Below the pieces are notes generated by a model, which was not told the DNA's origin, searched no databases, and saw nothing but the letters and a program-made list of their open reading frames with translations. Position numbers and translations under genes: made by a program. Below, one piece after another: positions 24,022 to 36,904 of a stretch of DNA of 64,000 bases (position 1 is its first letter; each line of letters begins with the position of its first letter). Source of the DNA: Mobula hypostoma (taxonomy: Eukaryota); contig NC_086108.1 of the NCBI RefSeq assembly GCF_963921235.1, positions 78,432,001 to 78,496,000 of the forward strand, read 5' to 3'.

Positions 24022-26595
24022 CAGTGTTTCCCAACCTTTTGTAGCCCAACATCTCCCTAAAGCACTTTCATACTTTGCCAAAGCCCCCCTAAAGTGCATT
24101 CATACTTGCCAACACCCCTTTTAGGCACAATATACTTTCCAGTGGCCCTAGACTGTAAAAAGGTGTCTACCATATGCTAATATGAGAAAAATTATTCTGC
24201 TTTAAATTTTTTTTTGGTCTTTAAACCTAGCTTACACAGCATTTTACATTGTACAGCAGCTCGATATCAATGGGATCCTTGAGCTTGATGGTTTCTCGCA
24301 AGAGTTGAAATATCTGGTTCAGGTTGTGACAGCAAAATCCTAAAGCCCCCATGTGTAACAATGTCCAAGCAATTTGTGGTTATATGGTTCACTGTACTAA
24401 AGCCTCTTTCAACAAAGTAGGAGGATGGAAATATAATGAAGAGCAAGAAAGACCAGGAAACTTTATATACCAATATGGCCTTCTGCCCAGGCTTCTCTGG
24501 CTCTTCACACTTTGAGTTCCCCATGACTGCTGTAAGAGGGCATTGAGAGGAAAACCAACAAGCACCTGCGGAGATGGTTGGGAGTTCCCCCAAGCTTCTC
24601 TTCAGTGGGCCTCTATATTCGATCTGGGCAACTGCAGCTTCCCTCGTCATCTGTGGTGGAGGAATTCAAGGTGGCAAAATGCAGAGCCTTATTAAGCTTG
24701 AGAGATTCCAATGACATCTCGGTAAAGCAAGCAAGCGTTACAACCAGATATGGGCGCAAGTGGGCAGCCAACACAGCTGTAGAGCAGGCAGTGTGTTCTA
24801 TGAAGCTGCAAGATATCATCAGCAACCCCTGCGTCGGGTGGCAAGGCCTCGGCTCAGTTCACTTCCAGAAGTGGGGAACGCAAGCATAAGGAACAGGCGA
24901 GACATGGTACAGGCAGAAGCACGGATTCATGAGGAAGAGAAGCGGATGTTAAAGGCAGTGGAACAAGGGTCCCAGGGTGCGTGGACAAAATGAGATCTGC
25001 CCAAACACAGGATCTCATGGGCAGAGTTATTGAGACTGGAGCCCTTCTGTATTTCCTTCCTCTTGCGAACCGTGTATGATACCCTTCCTTCACCATTATA
25101 TCTGTACACATGGGGGATGAGAGAGGACCCGAACTGTAAGCTCTGTGGTCAAAAGGGGACACTGGCTCATATACAGTCTGGATGCAAAACAGCTCTAACT
25201 CAAGGATAGTATCGGTGGCGCCGTGATAAGGTGATTCTGGCTCTTGCTGACACACTAGAGCGAGAGAGATGCAAGATGAGGACGGCTGGCACAGATTTGA
25301 GGAAGGCCATCACTTTCATCAGAGGAAGCCAAGCTTTTTGTAACCAAACAACCAAAGCCCAATCTCCTGCTAACGGCCAGGTCCTGAGAGGTGAGGGTTG
25401 ATGTGGGAAGGAGGCTGCAGTTCCCGGATGTGATGCACACAACCCTCCACCTGGACATTGTACTATGGTCATCTGAAGACAGGAAAATAATTCTGGTTGA
25501 GCTGACTGTGCCATGGGAGGAGGGATGGGAAGAGGCTCACGAGAGAAAGGCCTTAAAGTACCAGCCCTTAATGCAGGAGTGCAAAGACAAGGGATGGCAG
25601 GCATGGTTGCTCCCTGTGGAGATCGGCTGCAGAGGTTTCCCAGCCAAATCAGCATGGCAGTTATCAGCTCTGGGCCTGGACAAAAGGAGAAAAAACAACC
25701 AGCTCTTAGGATGGGGGAAGAGGCAGAACGAGCCTCTTGTTGGATTTGGAGTAGGTGAGAGGAGGGAAGCTGGAAGCCAGGAGCAGATGGGCAGTGATTT
25801 GGCCACCACTGCCGACCCACCAACTGGAGAATGTCGTAGTTAAGGGTCAAAACACTCTGCGAAGGTTGGGAACCACCTGATGACATCTGCTCCTGGCTGA
25901 AGGCCACGGTTACCTTATAAGGTATCTGGAGAATGCACCCTAACAGGTGTATGCAACAAGTAACAAGCAGCCACATACCACAAAAGCTGACATTTTTTGA
26001 AAAGCATTTCTGCTTCATCATCATTCTGAGTTTCAATAATTTCTTCTTGCAAGCTCTCTTCCTGTTCTTGCACTTTGCAAAGAAAAGGGTTAACCACCCA
26101 GTCCAGAATTGCCAGGTCATTCAAATCCTTGAATCGATTCTGAAAATTTTTCTTCAGTGACTGCAGGTGTAAGCATACTCTCACAAATCTTCGTCTGTGC
26201 CATACTTTCCATGCAGAGAAACTGTGAGAACATTCTTCTTGAATGTTTTGCTTATACATCTCCAATAAAAGTGGACACTGCACTTTTCCCAGGAATAAAT
26301 TGAAATTCTCACCCTGCAGTTTCATATTTAGAATGTTCATTTTGTCATACAGATCAGGTTGGTATGCCACATCTCCACAAAGAAGTTCAACCTTGTTTCC
26401 GAAGCTCTTGTTGGCTGAGCAAAAATTTAACCACGGTGTCAAAAAGATCAAAGAAACGTTTTAACTAGCAGCCTTTTGACAACGAATGCACCTCAGTATG
26501 AATAAGCAAGCTTTCAAACTCTTCATCAATATCTTGGCATAACTGCCAAAATATTGTGCTATTTTATAGACGAGCTTTAATTTTGTTGATGATGA
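24022..26595 (-). mobile_element. hAT (Buster-like) transposon 3' half, interrupted by an R2-Hero LINE
   Basis: TIR CAGTGTTTCCCAACC at 24022. C-terminal peptide FPSSYFVERGFS...LLSQPEPDISTLARNHQAQGSH* (24267-24450). Upstream peptide DVAYQPDLYDKMNILNMKLQGEN...HLQSLKKNFQNRFKDL...DWVVNPF (25966-26451). Confidence 0.85.
24536..25965 (+). mobile_element. R2-Hero clade non-LTR retrotransposon, 5'-truncated (zinc knuckle plus restriction-like endonuclease)
   Basis: HLRRWLGVPPSFSSVGLY, VEEFKVAK, GRKWAA, QGAWTK, CKLCGQKGTLAHI.SGC (CCHC), YRWRRDKV, DIVLWS...IILVELTVPWEE (PD-D/ExK), PVEIGCRGF; several stops and frameshifts. Confidence 0.85.
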
Positions 26596-26659
26596 AATGT
26601 CAGAGCAGACTTGATGGGCTGAATGACCTAATTCTGCTCCTATATCTTGTGGTCTTATT

Positions 26660-27375
26660 TCTCTGCCCATATTTGCAACTGATTTACATCCTGCTGTATT
26701 CTTTGCGAGTCATCTATACTGTCTATAACACCACCAATCTTCATATCATCTGCAAACTTACTACAGTAACACATTGATTTTATTTTCATCCAGGTCATTT
26801 TTATACATCACAAATAACAGAGGTCACAGTACAAATCCCTGCAGGCACTTTTAATCACAGACCTCCAGCTAGAATAAGTCCGTTTAACAACCACCCTCTG
26901 ACTTCTATGGACAAGCCAGTCCTGAATCCAAATGGCCAATTCACCATGGATCTCATGTATCCCACGAGGGACCTTGTCAAACATCTTACAGAAATCAATG
27001 TAGGCAACATACACAGCTCTACCTTCATCAATCAGCCTCGTCACATCATCAAAAAATTCACATCAAGTTAGTAAGACACGACTTGTCCTGCAAAAAAAGC
27101 CATGCTAATTCTCCCTAATTAGGCAATTGTATTCAAAATGCTACTCATAGATCTTACCCCTCAGAATTTGTTCGAACAACTTCCCTGCCACTGACATGAG
27201 ACTCACCAGTCTATAGTTTTCAAGATTAACCCTTGTACCCTTCTTGAACAATGGAACAAAATTAGCTTATTGTCAGTCCTCCAGGCCCTCACCCGTGTCT
27301 AGAGAGAACACAAAAAATATTGGTCAAGGCCCCAGCACTCTCCATTTGCCTCTCTCAATAACATTGGACAAGAAA
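26660..27375 (-). mobile_element. Decayed CR1 LINE RT fragment
   Basis: ORF 26808-27044 TRLIDEGRAVYVAYIDFCKMFDKVP...WIQDWLVHRSQRVVV. Confidence 0.8.
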
Positions 27376-28062
27376 GATTTAGCTTCCTGAATACTTTTGG
27401 GTGTATAGAGATGCAACTTGTCAGGATGCTCTCAATGGTGAACCTGTAAAACACAGTGAAGATGGTGGGTGGGGTAAACCTTGCTTGCCTCAACATTCTT
27501 AGGAAGTGGAGGCACTACTGTGCCTCCTCGTTTGGGGAGGTGATATTAAGGGACCAGGTGAGGTAATCTGTGATGAGAACTCCCAGGAACCTGGTGCACT
27601 TAACTCTCTCTACAGAGGTGCCATGTATTCACAAAATCATCAGCACCATCAGGCAATTAAACACATTATATTCAATAGAAGTTTATTTCTTGTTTCTCCA
27701 AATTCTTATGTGATACAAGTAGTCTGAAGTTATATGTGTGTTCGTAATATTCTTCAAGCGGCCTTCATAACAAAAAAGATTCAGAGGAATCAACAGCTTT
27801 GAGAAAGAATTGTTGTCCATTGTGACCTGGGGTATATCCCATCAGGCCTGTGAACTTATCCACCTTAACACTCTTTGAGACCCAAAGGCCCTAGCATATT
27901 AATAATCTCAGCACTGATCTCCCTGTCCTCCCCATTCCTACCCTGGGTAAATACTTATGAAAAGTACTCATTAAGGACCTCACCTATCTTTTGTATCTAA
28001 GCAAATATTCCCCCCTTTATCCCACCCTCTCCCTTGTTATCCTCTTGCTCCTAACGTATGCC

Positions 28063-29140
28063 AGAATCAGGTTTAATATTGCTGGCATAAGTTGAGAAAT
28101 CTGTAAACTCTGCAGCAGAATTATAATAAGTATATATGTATATTAAATAGTTAAATTAAAATTGGTGCAAAAACAGAAATTTAAAAAGTAGTGAGGTAGT
28201 GTTCATGGGTTCAATGTCTACTCTGAAATTGTTTGGCAGAGGGGAAGAAGCTGTTCCTGAATCCCTAGTATGTGCCTTCAGGCTTCTGTACCTCCTTCCT
28301 GATGGCAACAATGAGAAAAAGGCACGTCCTGGGTGGTGGGGGTCCTTAATGATGGATGCCACCTTTCTGAGGCTTCACTCCTTGAAGATGTCTTGGATAC
28401 CTCAGAGGCTAGTACCTATGATGGAGCTGACTAATTTTACAACTTTCTACAGCTTACTTCAAAGAAGCCACCTCTGCAGCACCACCACCCCCCAATACCT
28501 GACAGTGATGCAGCCAGTCAGAATGCTCTCCACAGTACGTCTGTAGAAGCTTGACTGTTTTAGGTGACAAACTAAATCTCCTCAGACTCCAAATGAAATA
28601 CAGCCACTGTCTTGCCTCCTTTAAAGCTGCATCAGTATATTGAGACCAGGTTAGGTCCTCAGAGATATTGACACCCAGCAACAGGAAATTGCTCACTCTC
28701 TCCACTTCTGATCGCTTTAGGAGGATTGGCTTGTGTTCATCTTACCCTTTCTGAAGTCCACAATCAGCTCTTTGGTCTTACTGACCTTCAGTGCAATGTT
28801 GTTGCTTTAACACCACTCACCTAGTTTGTATGCCCTCTTGTCTCCATCTGAGATTCTGCCAATTTAGCAAATTTATAGATGGCATTTGAGCTATGCCTAG
28901 CCACACGGTCATGGGTGTAAAGAGAGTACAGCAGTGTGCGAAGCACACTTCCCTGAGGTGCAGCAGTATTGATTGTCAGCAAGGTGGAGACGTTATTGCC
29001 AATCTACGCAGATTGTGGTCTTCTGGTTAGGAAGTTGAGGATCCAGTTGCAAAGGGAGGCACAGAAGCTCACTTTTTGATCAGGACTGTAGGAATGATAG
29101 TGTTAAACACTGAGCTATAGTCAATAAGCAGCATCCTGAC
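28063..29140 (-). mobile_element. Rex-Babar (Rex1-like) LINE 3' portion; resumes at 31165-31260 after the CR1 insertion
   Basis: ERVSNFLLLGVNISEDLTWSQYT...RQWLYFIWSLRRF; SIIKDPHHPGRAFFSLLPSGRRYRSLKAHT; tail CAGAATCAG near 28063. Confidence 0.85.
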
Positions 29141-31164
29141 ATGACAAGAGAAATTAGGGATAGTATCAATTCCAAAGAAGTAGCATACAAATTAGCCAGA
29201 GAAAGTGGCTCACCTGAGGACTGGGAGAAATTCAGAGTTCAGCAGAGGAGGACAAAGGGCTTAATTAGGAAGGGGAAAAAAGATTATGAGAGAAAACTGG
29301 CAAAGAACATAAAAACGGACTGTAAAAGCTTTTATAGATATGTAAAAAGGAAAAGACTGATAAAGACAAATGTAGGTCCCCTGCAAACAGAAACAGGTGA
29401 ATTGATTATGGGGAGCAAGGACATGGCAGACCAATTGAATAATTACTTTGGTTCTGTCTTCACTAAGGAGGACATAAATAATCTTCCAGAAATAGTAAGG
29501 GACAGAGGGTCCAGTGAGATGGAGGAACTGAGCGAAATACATGTTAGTAGGGAAGTGGTGTTAGGTAAATTGAAGGGATTGAAGGCAGATAAATCCCCAG
29601 GGCCAGATGGTCTGCATCCCAGAGTGCTTAAGGAAGTGGCCCAAGAAATAGTGGATGCATTAGTGATAATTTTTCAAAACTCGTTAGATTCTGGACTAGT
29701 TCCTGAGGATTGGAGGGTGGCTAATGTAACCCCACTTTTTAAAAAAGGAGGGAGAGAGAAACCGGGGAATTATAGGCCGGTTAGCCTAACGTCGGTGGTG
29801 GGGAAACTGCTGGAGTCAGTTATCAAGGATGTGATAACAGCACATTTGGAAAGCGGTGAAATGATCGGACAAAGTCAGCATGGATTTGTGAAAGGAAAAT
29901 CATGTCTGACGAATCTCATAGAATTTTTTGAGGATGTAACTAGTAGAGTGGATAGGGGAGAACCAGTGGATGTGGTATATTTGGATTTTCAAAAGGCTTT
30001 TGACAAGGTCCCACATAGGAGATTAGTGTGCAAACTTAAAGCACACGGTATTGGGGGTAAGGTATTGGTGTGGGTGGAGAATTGGTTAGCAGACAGGAAG
30101 CAAAGAGTGGGAATAAACGGGACCTTTTCAGAATGGCAGGCGGTGACTAGTGGGGTACCGCAAGGCTCAGTGCTGGGACCCCAGTTGTTTACAATATATA
30201 TTAATGACTTGGATGAGGGAATTAAATGCGGCATCTCCAAGTTTGCGGATGACACGAAGCTGGGTGGCAGTGTTAGCAGTGAGGAGGATGCTAAGAGGAT
30301 GCAGGGTGACTTGGATAGGTTGGGTGAGTGGGCAAACTCATGGCAGATGCAATTTAATGTGGATAAATGTGAAGTTATCCACTTTGGTGGCAAAAATAGG
30401 AAAACAGATTATTATCTGAATGGTGGCCGATTAGGAAAAGGGGAGGTGCAACGAGACCTGGGTGTCATTATACACCAGTCATTGAAAGTGGGCATGCAGG
30501 TACAGCAGGCGGTGAAAAAGGCAAACGGTATGCTGGCATTTATAGCGAGAGGATTCGAGTACAGGAGCAGGGAGGTACTACTGCAGTTGTACAAGGCCTT
30601 GGTGAGACCACACCTGGAGTATTGTGTGCAGTTTTGGTCCCCTAATCTGAGGAAAGACATCTTTGCCATAGAGGGAGTACAAAGAAGGTTCACCAGATTG
30701 ATTCCTGGGATGGCAGGTCTTTCATATGAAGAAAGACTGGATGAACTGGGCTTGTACTCGTTGGAATTTAGAAGATTGAGGGGGGATCTGATTGAAACGT
30801 ATAAGATCCTAAAGGGATTGGACAGGCTAGATGCAGGAAGATTGTTCCCGATGTTGGGGAGGTCTAGAACGAGGGGTCACAGTTTGAGGATAGAGGGGAA
30901 GCCTTTTAGGACCGAGGTTAGGAAAAACTTCTTCACACAGAGAGTGGTGAATCTGTGGAATTCTCTGCCACAGCAAACTGTTGAGGCCAGTTCATTAGCT
31001 ATGTTTAAAAGGAAGTTAGATATGGCCCTTGTGGCTACAGGGGTCAGGGGGTATGGAGGGAAGGCTGGGTTCTGAGTTGGATGATCAGCCATGATCATAA
31101 TAAATGGCGGTGCAGGCTCGAAGGGCCGAATGGCCTACTCCTGCACCTATTTTCTATGTTTCTA
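29141..31164 (+). mobile_element. Young CR1 LINE, 5'-truncated, with uninterrupted 644-aa ORF2 fragment (reverse transcriptase)
   Basis: ORF 29141-31075 with KSPGPDGLHPRVLKE, NYRPVSLTS, YLDFQKAFDKVPH, GVPQGSVLGP and KFADD; 3' UTR GGCTCGAAGGGCCGAATGGCCTACTCC followed by a TTTCTATG tandem tail. Confidence 0.97.
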
Positions 31165-31639
31165 TGTATTGTCCAGGTGATCCACAGCTGCAGGGAGAGC
31201 CATTGAGATCGTGTCTGCCAAAGATCCATTGTGGCGGTAGGCAAATCGCAGTGTTTTCTGAGGGAAGAGTTGATTCTTAAGGAGTGAGTTGTATAGAATG
31301 CTTTTGGGATTCTCTTTAATCCTACTTGCCAAGATCTTTTTATAGCCCCTCCTGGCTTTCCTAATTCCCTTCTTGAGTTCTTTTTTTGGCGTGTTTATAG
31401 CCCCGAAGGGTTTGATTCTAGCTTCCTAAATTTATATATTTTTAAATTTGTATTCTTGACTAAATTCACTACCTCACTTGACATCCAAGGTTCTCTTTGC
31501 CATCCTTATCCCTCCTTCCGACTGGAACGTATCTGTCCTCTACTGTCTTTAAACAGCCTCCACATGTTGCATGTGGACTTGCCCAAAAACAGCTGTTTCA
31601 AATAAACTCTCCCTAGTTCCTGCCTAACGCTATTGTAAC

Positions 31640-32170
31640 TTGACCGCTCTCCACCACCCTCGGGGAGTCCGCAACTCCAAGAAACACTTCTGCAGCCGTC
31701 CATGACGACAGCCTCACACCCACTCTTCGCCCTGAAGTTACCTGAAAAGGGAGGCTTCCTCCGGTCGAACAAATCAATACACGGGAAAGGAAGCGGGCGG
31801 ACGGCACCACCGGACACTCGGAGGAGCACTCACCTACCCCGAAGCCGGCCACCGGCTTTGCCCCGCTGTGCCAGACTCCCCACCAACACCGTCGCCATCA
31901 CAAACTCTCATCTCCAAGGGCGACGTCTCGCGAGCACAGAGCTCTTAAGGCGCAGTCGCCCTTTTACCGCACCAAAGCGGCGGCGCAAAGGGCGGCTTCT
32001 AGCGGCATGCGGCACGGCAGTGATCGCGAAGAAACCTGAAAACGGGGCACGGTAACTCAATTTCTGTGACGTGTTAGTCAGACTATCAATTAAACAACTG
32101 CCCAAAGCGAGGGTTATTCTTTTCACGATGTATTGTTTCACAAAATCCTCCTTAATCGCGAGGGATAGGA
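31640..32170. promoter_or_regulatory. CpG-island promoter, probably driving CCDC24 on the minus strand
   Basis: Abruptly GC- and CpG-rich unique sequence in a CpG-depleted background; TCTCGCGAG at 31926, further TCGCGA palindromes at ~32024 and ~32156; GGGCGG boxes; consensus donor AG|GTGAGT on the minus strand at 31833. Confidence 0.8.
31834..31898 (-). CDS. CCDC24: Putative first coding exon of CCDC24 (MATVLVGSLAQRGKAGGRLRG, phase 2)
   Basis: ATG at 31898 in a good Kozak context (GTGATGG); 65 nt to the donor AG|GTGAGT; splicing to 22492 keeps the frame open into the conserved CCDC24 motif. The exon is likely real, but its coding status is inference. Confidence 0.55.
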
Positions 32171-35100
32171 ATATATACTTCAAGCAGCTAACAAGAAAAT
32201 TGGATCCGGTCTGAGGCTGAAAAAAGGATCTCGTGCTTTCCCGACGTTTGTGAGGAATAAACTGTTGTCGGGCTTCCAGTCGGGTACAGGTATCAACGTT
32301 AACCTGAAATCGGTATCTGTACCCGGCTGGAAGCCCGGTAAAAGTTTTATCTGTCTGAGGCTGTGATGATATACTCGCTCGGTTCCCCCCATGGAAGTGG
32401 CAGAACACTTCTAAACCCACCTCAGTCCGCCAGTACATCCATATTCCTGATTCCCAGGTGTTCCCTAGAGAGACTGAGATGCTGGAAACCTGGAGCAACG
32501 CAGACAAAACTGGAGTCCAGGAAATTAGTACGTCCGATACTACCTATGGAGGAATACGAATACGGGTTTCTGGCTGAAACTCTTCTTAAGGACGGTCTTA
32601 CCTTGAACTCTGTTCCTCCTCCTGTATTCAGAATTGTTCAACAATTTCAGATAATCAGAAGCAGAATCAGATTTAATGTCACTGACATAAGACATGAAAT
32701 TTGTTGTTTCGCAGAAGCAATCCATGCAAAGATATTAAAATTATTGTAAATGGCGACCCCCTCTAACCTCTAAGCTGCGTGGGTGCATGGCTTCACCTGC
32801 ATGAAGTAACTGAAATGCTCCAGCGCACATTGCCTTTGTTGCCATGCTGCTATAATTTTCTTTTAATATGTTGATACATATAATCCATAGATTTTCTAAA
32901 TAATATATACCACAACCTTTGAAAAATTTTAGACCTTTAACATATTTACATTGTCAGTGTTTGAAGTTACAACACTGTTACAAATTGTAACAATAAACAC
33001 AGAATAGAAGTTGGTAGCTCATTGTTATTAAACCACCAGCCCGCTGAATGCCAATGCCATCTTGTCAAAACATTTTACTTTTGTCATTGTGCCTGTTTGT
33101 TGTTTTGACTGCCTGACACCGTTTACTTATGTTGTGATTTGTGTTTGTTTGATGTGCATATTTCCAAAAAAATTTAAAGTGCTGCATAATTTTCAGGCCA
33201 CATTAAATTTTCCTGCTCATACCAATGTGCAGCATTAAAAAAAAAAATTAGAGGGTACATTGGTTAAAAAAGTAAATAAATAAATGGTGACAAAAAAGAC
33301 TAAGGAGACTATGTTTGTGGGTTCATGGATCACTCAGAAATTTGATGCTGGAAGGGAAGAAACTGTTTCTAAATCATTGAGTGTGGATCTACATTCTCAC
33401 CATTGGTAGTAACAAGAAGAGGGTGTGTTCCAGATGGTGATGGATGCTGTGTCCTTGCTTTCTTCATCATTGCATCAATGTGTTGGCCCCTGGATAAATC
33501 CTCAGAATGAACACTTACCAAATTCTCCCACCGTACATATTTTCTATTGGTATTTTAAATTTCCAGAATCCACAATGGATTTCTTTTCAATTTCAGGTGA
33601 TTATTCGTCTTATTTTGCCTTCACTTGACCAATCATTTCTTCCTTTGCTTGTACTATTATCACCCTTTTTCAGCAAGTACCATTTCTTTGCAATTTAAAT
33701 CCTTCCAGATGTTTCCTTTAACTCTCGCTCTTTTTCTACATTTCAAACTAGATTTTTTTTCTGGCAGACTTTAAGAAATATCATCAAACTGAAATGTCAA
33801 TTCTGTTTCATTTTGTGTAGGCACTGGCCTGAGTGTTTCCTGCTTGTATTTTCCATCCCAAATTCCTACAGTACTTAGTATTATATCAAAGAAGGTTTCT
33901 CTCATTGTTGAATGTTGGGTCCTTGCAGATTAACCACTACTCTCCTTGCAAAGAAAGATTGAAGTAAGTGGACGGAGAAGAGACTTGTATGGAGTGTAAG
34001 TACTAGTGTGGACGAAGTGGCTGTTCTTTGCAGTTTCAATGAGCAAACAGTCCTTGTTCCGGCACAGACAAGCATCAAAGCCTATAACTTCAAACATACC
34101 TTTTTAAACATAGTTGTGACATTTAATTACAGGATTGGAGCAGTATTGTTTGGTTTCTTTAGGCAAGCAGAGTTAACTTTTCCAAAATTTGCCTAGGTAT
34201 TCATTTGTATAGTGGAGATTCATAGCACATATAACAGTACAGGAAAGGAACAGGCCCTTTGGCCCACAATGTATGTGCTGAACCTAATGCTGAATTAAAC
34301 TAAATTGCTTCTTCCTGTGCATGATCCATATTCCTATATTCCCTGCATATTCATATATTTACCGTACAGCTTCTTAAATACCACTATCATATCTGCTTCC
34401 CCCCATTACCCCTAACAGCATACTCCAGGCACCTACCATACTCACTATATAAAAAAAACTTGCCGCCTCTCACCTTGAGTGTTATTTCCTCTAGTACTTG
34501 ACATTTCTAGCCTGGGCAAAATATTTTGACTGGCTATCCTGTCTATGTCTGCAATAATTGTATTAATTTCTATCATAAGTCCTCTCAGCCTCCAACTCTC
34601 TAGAGAAAACAATTCAAGTTTATCCAACTTTTCTTCAATGCTTACCTTCTAATCCTGATAGACCTCTTCTACACCCTTTCCAGAACCTTGCTATCATAAC
34701 TGTTCAAAGTTCAAAATAAATTCATTATCAAAGTATGTATACCATGTACAACCTTGAACCATGAAACAAAAAAGACAATAGAATCCACAAAAACCCCCAC
34801 AAATGTTAGTTCATTTCTCGCTCTCGCAATCCAGCTGAAGTCCACTCCAGAAATGGTGCACTGAGGCCATACCTACATTCTTGAGAGTCCAATTCGCCAG
34901 TTCCTTCAGATGACTGCAAAAATGTCAGGTCGTTCAGACAGCTCAAAAGGACACCTATTACAATAGTAAACAACCAGAATTCCATACAATACTTCCAAGT
35001 CAATTCTTACCATTGTTTTATAGAGCTACAAGTCTCGCTTACTCTTGCGTTCGATGTCTTGACCAATGAGTCTCAGGGTTGTATATGGTGACATATATAC

Positions 35101-35462
35101 TTTGGTAATAAATTTTCTTTGAACTTTGAAAATATCATAGGCATACTGTAATTTATAGCTTCAGTTACATGAAAAGTTACTGAAATGTCATTGTAAAAGC
35201 TTGATGTTATTTCATCCAGTTACAAATGAACTTGTACTCTGTTGGCTGGGGAATTAGGGTAATATTAAGTGTAACTATTTGTACAGGAGATGCCCAGTTC
35301 CGAGACCAGTAGAACTGCTGCTTCATAGCTTCAGACATCCAGTTTCAATCCAGACCTCCAGTTCTGTCTTTGTGGAGTTTGTAAGTTCTCCTTGTGGCTA
35401 CAGGGTTTCTGCTTGATGTTCCGGTTTCCTCCCATATTCTAAAGTTGTTGGCTAGTAAATTA

Positions 35463-36100
35463 ATTAGATTAGATTAGATTATGAGAACACTCAGTCCTCT
35501 TTTATTGTCATTTAGAAATGCATACATGCATTAAGAAATGGTACAATGTTTCTCCGAAGTGATATCACAGAAAACAGGACAAACCAAAGACTAACATTGA
35601 CAGAATCACATAATTATAACATATAGTTACAGCAGTGCAAAGCAATACCATAATTTGATGCAGAACAAACCATGGGCACGGTAAAAGAAGTCTCAAAAGT
35701 CCCCGAGTCGATGGACTCCCGAGTACCCGATAGCAGGCGGCAAAAGGGAGAAACTCCCTGCCAAAAACCTCCTGGCACTGTCAACTTGCCGATGCCTTGG
35801 AAGCAGCCAACACCGAGTCCATCCGTCGGAAAACTTCGAGCCTCCGATCAGCCCCTCTGATACAGCTTCCTGAGCGCCTTTGACCTAGCCCTGGCCGCTG
35901 AAACAGGCAAAACCGAGGATTCGGGGCCTTCTGCTCCGGAGGTTCCGGTTACCACACAGTAGCAGTGGCAGCGAAGCGGGCATTTCAGAAGTTTTCCAGA
36001 TGTTCCTCCGTTCTCTCACGTCCGTCTCCATCAAATCAGAATTGTGCACGGTCCCCTACTTGACAGATAACAGATATTCATCACCGGAGAAGCCACACGC
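35463..36100 (-). mobile_element. Non-coding retroposon with (TCTAA)n tail, inserted in a V-SINE-like element; same family as 12853-13482
   Basis: ATTAGATTAGATTAGATT terminus; colinear similarity to 12853-13482. Confidence 0.7.
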
Positions 36101-36904
36101 TATAGTTTGCTGCTCATATATAGATGAGTGGTAAAGTTTGGGCCAAATTGATGGATAGGTGAGAGATAATTTTAAGAAATGGGAGTAGTATAGAGTTAAT
36201 GGAAATATATACTTAATGATTACTGTGTATTTGGTCACTGAACATTTCCATGCTCTGTGACTTGGTGGCTCTTTATCAGCTAAGATACAATAAGGGTTCT
36301 GGAATGTAACTCTTTGAAGTATTTCTTGTTTAATTTTCAGTACTCAGTTGTACAATAAAATTGGACCTTTTTATATTTATAATTTCTGGCATTAGAACTT
36401 GTTAGTTTCAGCACAACATATATTCATTCAATGGAGAAGAGGGTCTGACTGTATCAGGACAGTCATTCTACATGATTCTCATTAAACATTTTGGAAATTC
36501 ATCCACACACTTAAAAATACTTCAAATGTAAACATCCTTGTACACGCATGCTTCAAAGTTTAACCTGTTTCTGATCTCAAGGATGCCAATGAATGAGATG
36601 TGTTCAGAATTTTTAAAGAAAACATTGCCTCCTTTTCAACCTTTTAAGTGTTTCTCATATTACACCTTCAACACATTAACACTCAAAACACACTGTAAAT
36701 GGTGGTTTCACTTTCTGTATGGCATTGTACAACTAAGTTTCACAAAACCGAAAACCTTGCAAATTTACTTTCATATTCCACAAAGAAGCATAACAATATT
36801 GTCAATAATCATTCACATGAACTATTAATAATGGATTAATGGATGTTGAGATAGAGGTAATTTATCATATACAGTACATGGAACACCAAGGTGGTTATGC
36901 CAGC

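Noticed and set aside
25200..26120. 306-aa minus-strand ORF as a host gene
   Set aside because: It spans an off-frame hAT segment and the antisense strand of the R2-Hero element; no recognisable domain.
31908..32507. 199-aa ORF across the CpG island
   Set aside because: No recognisable domain or splice support; GC-rich promoter sequence is naturally stop-poor.
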